From Capsulimonadaceae bacterium (GTDB lineage Bacteria > Armatimonadota > Armatimonadia > Armatimonadales > Capsulimonadaceae): a stretch of 64,000 bases of DNA. The stretch covers positions 256,001-320,000 of the forward strand of contig OZ244065.1 of the NCBI GenBank assembly GCA_965215505.1, given 5' to 3'. The notes under the pieces are model-generated. The model was given only the letters and a program-made list of their open reading frames with translations, did not search any database and was not told where the DNA came from. Every line of letters starts with the position of its first letter. Position 1 is the stretch's first letter. Below are positions 63,196 through 64,000 of this stretch, piece after piece. A program made the position numbers and the translations under genes.

Positions 63196-64000
63196 CTACG
63201 CCCGGACGGGAGGCGCGCAGGTCGCCCCGTCCAGCAGCCTCACCGGGACCACGCGGGCAGGCAGGGCGATCTCCGGGTTCTCCATCTTCGCCAGGAGCAT
63301 GTCCACGGCACCCTCGCCCACCTCGATCATCGCGTTGTACACGGTATGGACGGGAAGGAAAAAGCGGTCATCAATCCAGTGGTGGAACTGGACGATCGAG
63401 AGGTCTTCTGGGATTCGAAGGCCAAGAAGATGGGCGGCATGTACCACCGCCATGGATTCCGCCAGCTCATAGGCCAGCACCGCCGTCGGCCTGTCTGCCC
63501 GATCCAGCAGTGACCGCGCGGCCTCGACGCGCCGGTCCAAGTTCGGCTGCCCCGGCGCGCGCCAGTCCTGCGGGAGCCGATGTACGCGCGGCATCTTCCC
63601 CGCCGAAACCATCGCCTGCTCGTAGCCCGCTCTCCGGTCAAGGCGGCTGTAATGCGGGTCTTCCGGGACCTCGGTGTCCACATAGGCGATCCGTTCGTGC
63701 CCGAGATGCAGCAGGAACTCCACGGCGATTCGCCCGCCCATCAGGTCGTCGGGACGGATGCAGTCGAACTCCTGCTGCACATTCAGAAAGATCGCCGGAA
63801 TCCGCAGTCGGCGGATTCGCTCCATGAAAGGCTGAGAGGAGCCGACGTGCCGGTTGACCAGAACGCCGTCCACCGACAGCTCGCGCATGGTGTGCGGCAG
63901 ATACGAGGCGTCCTCGATGACGACATCCGGCACCTGCGTCAGCACCAGATGCAGGTCTTTGTGTGCGATCGCTTTCGTCAGCCCATGAAGCAGTTCACCG
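63196..64000 (-). CDS. LacI family regulator, C-terminal sensor domain (5' end outside the window)
   Basis: VDGVLV, DDLMGGRIAVEFLLHLGHERIAY, RRAGY, PTAVL, LGLRIPEDLSIV. Confidence 0.9.
   Translation of the reverse strand, partial: GELLHGLTKAIAHKDLHLVLTQVPDVVIEDASYLPHTMRELSVDGVLVNRHVGSSQPFMERIRRLRIPAIFLNVQQEFDCIRPDDLMGGRIAVEFLLHLGHERIAYVDTEVPEDPHYSRLDRRAGYEQAMVSAGKMPRVHRLPQDWRAPGQPNLDRRVEAARSLLDRADRPTAVLAYELAESMAVVHAAHLLGLRIPEDLSIVQFHHWIDDRFFLPVHTVYNAMIEVGEGAVDMLLAKMENPEIALPARVVPVRLLDGATCAPPVRA

Overview
GC-rich bacterial DNA. Gene style (fused sugar-binding protein/permease, Gly/Pro-rich secreted enzymes, a C-terminal Ig-like domain) suggests Armatimonadota, but that is inference only. The left two-thirds (1-40.5 kb) is mixed: a partial VapC, a Fur/PerR plus ferritin-like/VIT1 iron module, an amidase coupled to a bifunctional Fkp, sugar catabolic genes with a GH127, an AKR, a CPT-like kinase, a large beta-propeller protein, an HD hydrolase, a fructosamine kinase, an RND pump, a sugar ABC transporter with an unclassified GH-like gene, and a MacAB-like system. 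A ~6 kb islet (PIN/Phd toxin-antitoxin, Tat-signal TldD + PmbA, lipoprotein, secreted protein) is bracketed by a 90-bp duplication of the hyi 3' end. The right third (40.9-64 kb) is a minus-strand xylan/hemicellulose cluster: LacI, GH39, tandem CE1, GH31 with an IS1 inserted in its 5' end, GH3, GH51, GH10-CE6, GH51, GH29, GH43, GH52. Non-coding signals read directly from the sequence: a sigmaH-like promoter motif (RNAGG-N16-NNNGWA) upstream of six genes; a four-palindrome REP-like element in 3-4 copies plus other REP types; a 16-bp x8 tandem array derived from a REP flank; and a promoter-hairpin-terminator leader in front of the HD hydrolase. No rRNA, tRNA or CRISPR array was seen. All family assignments come from motif recognition, not database searches.
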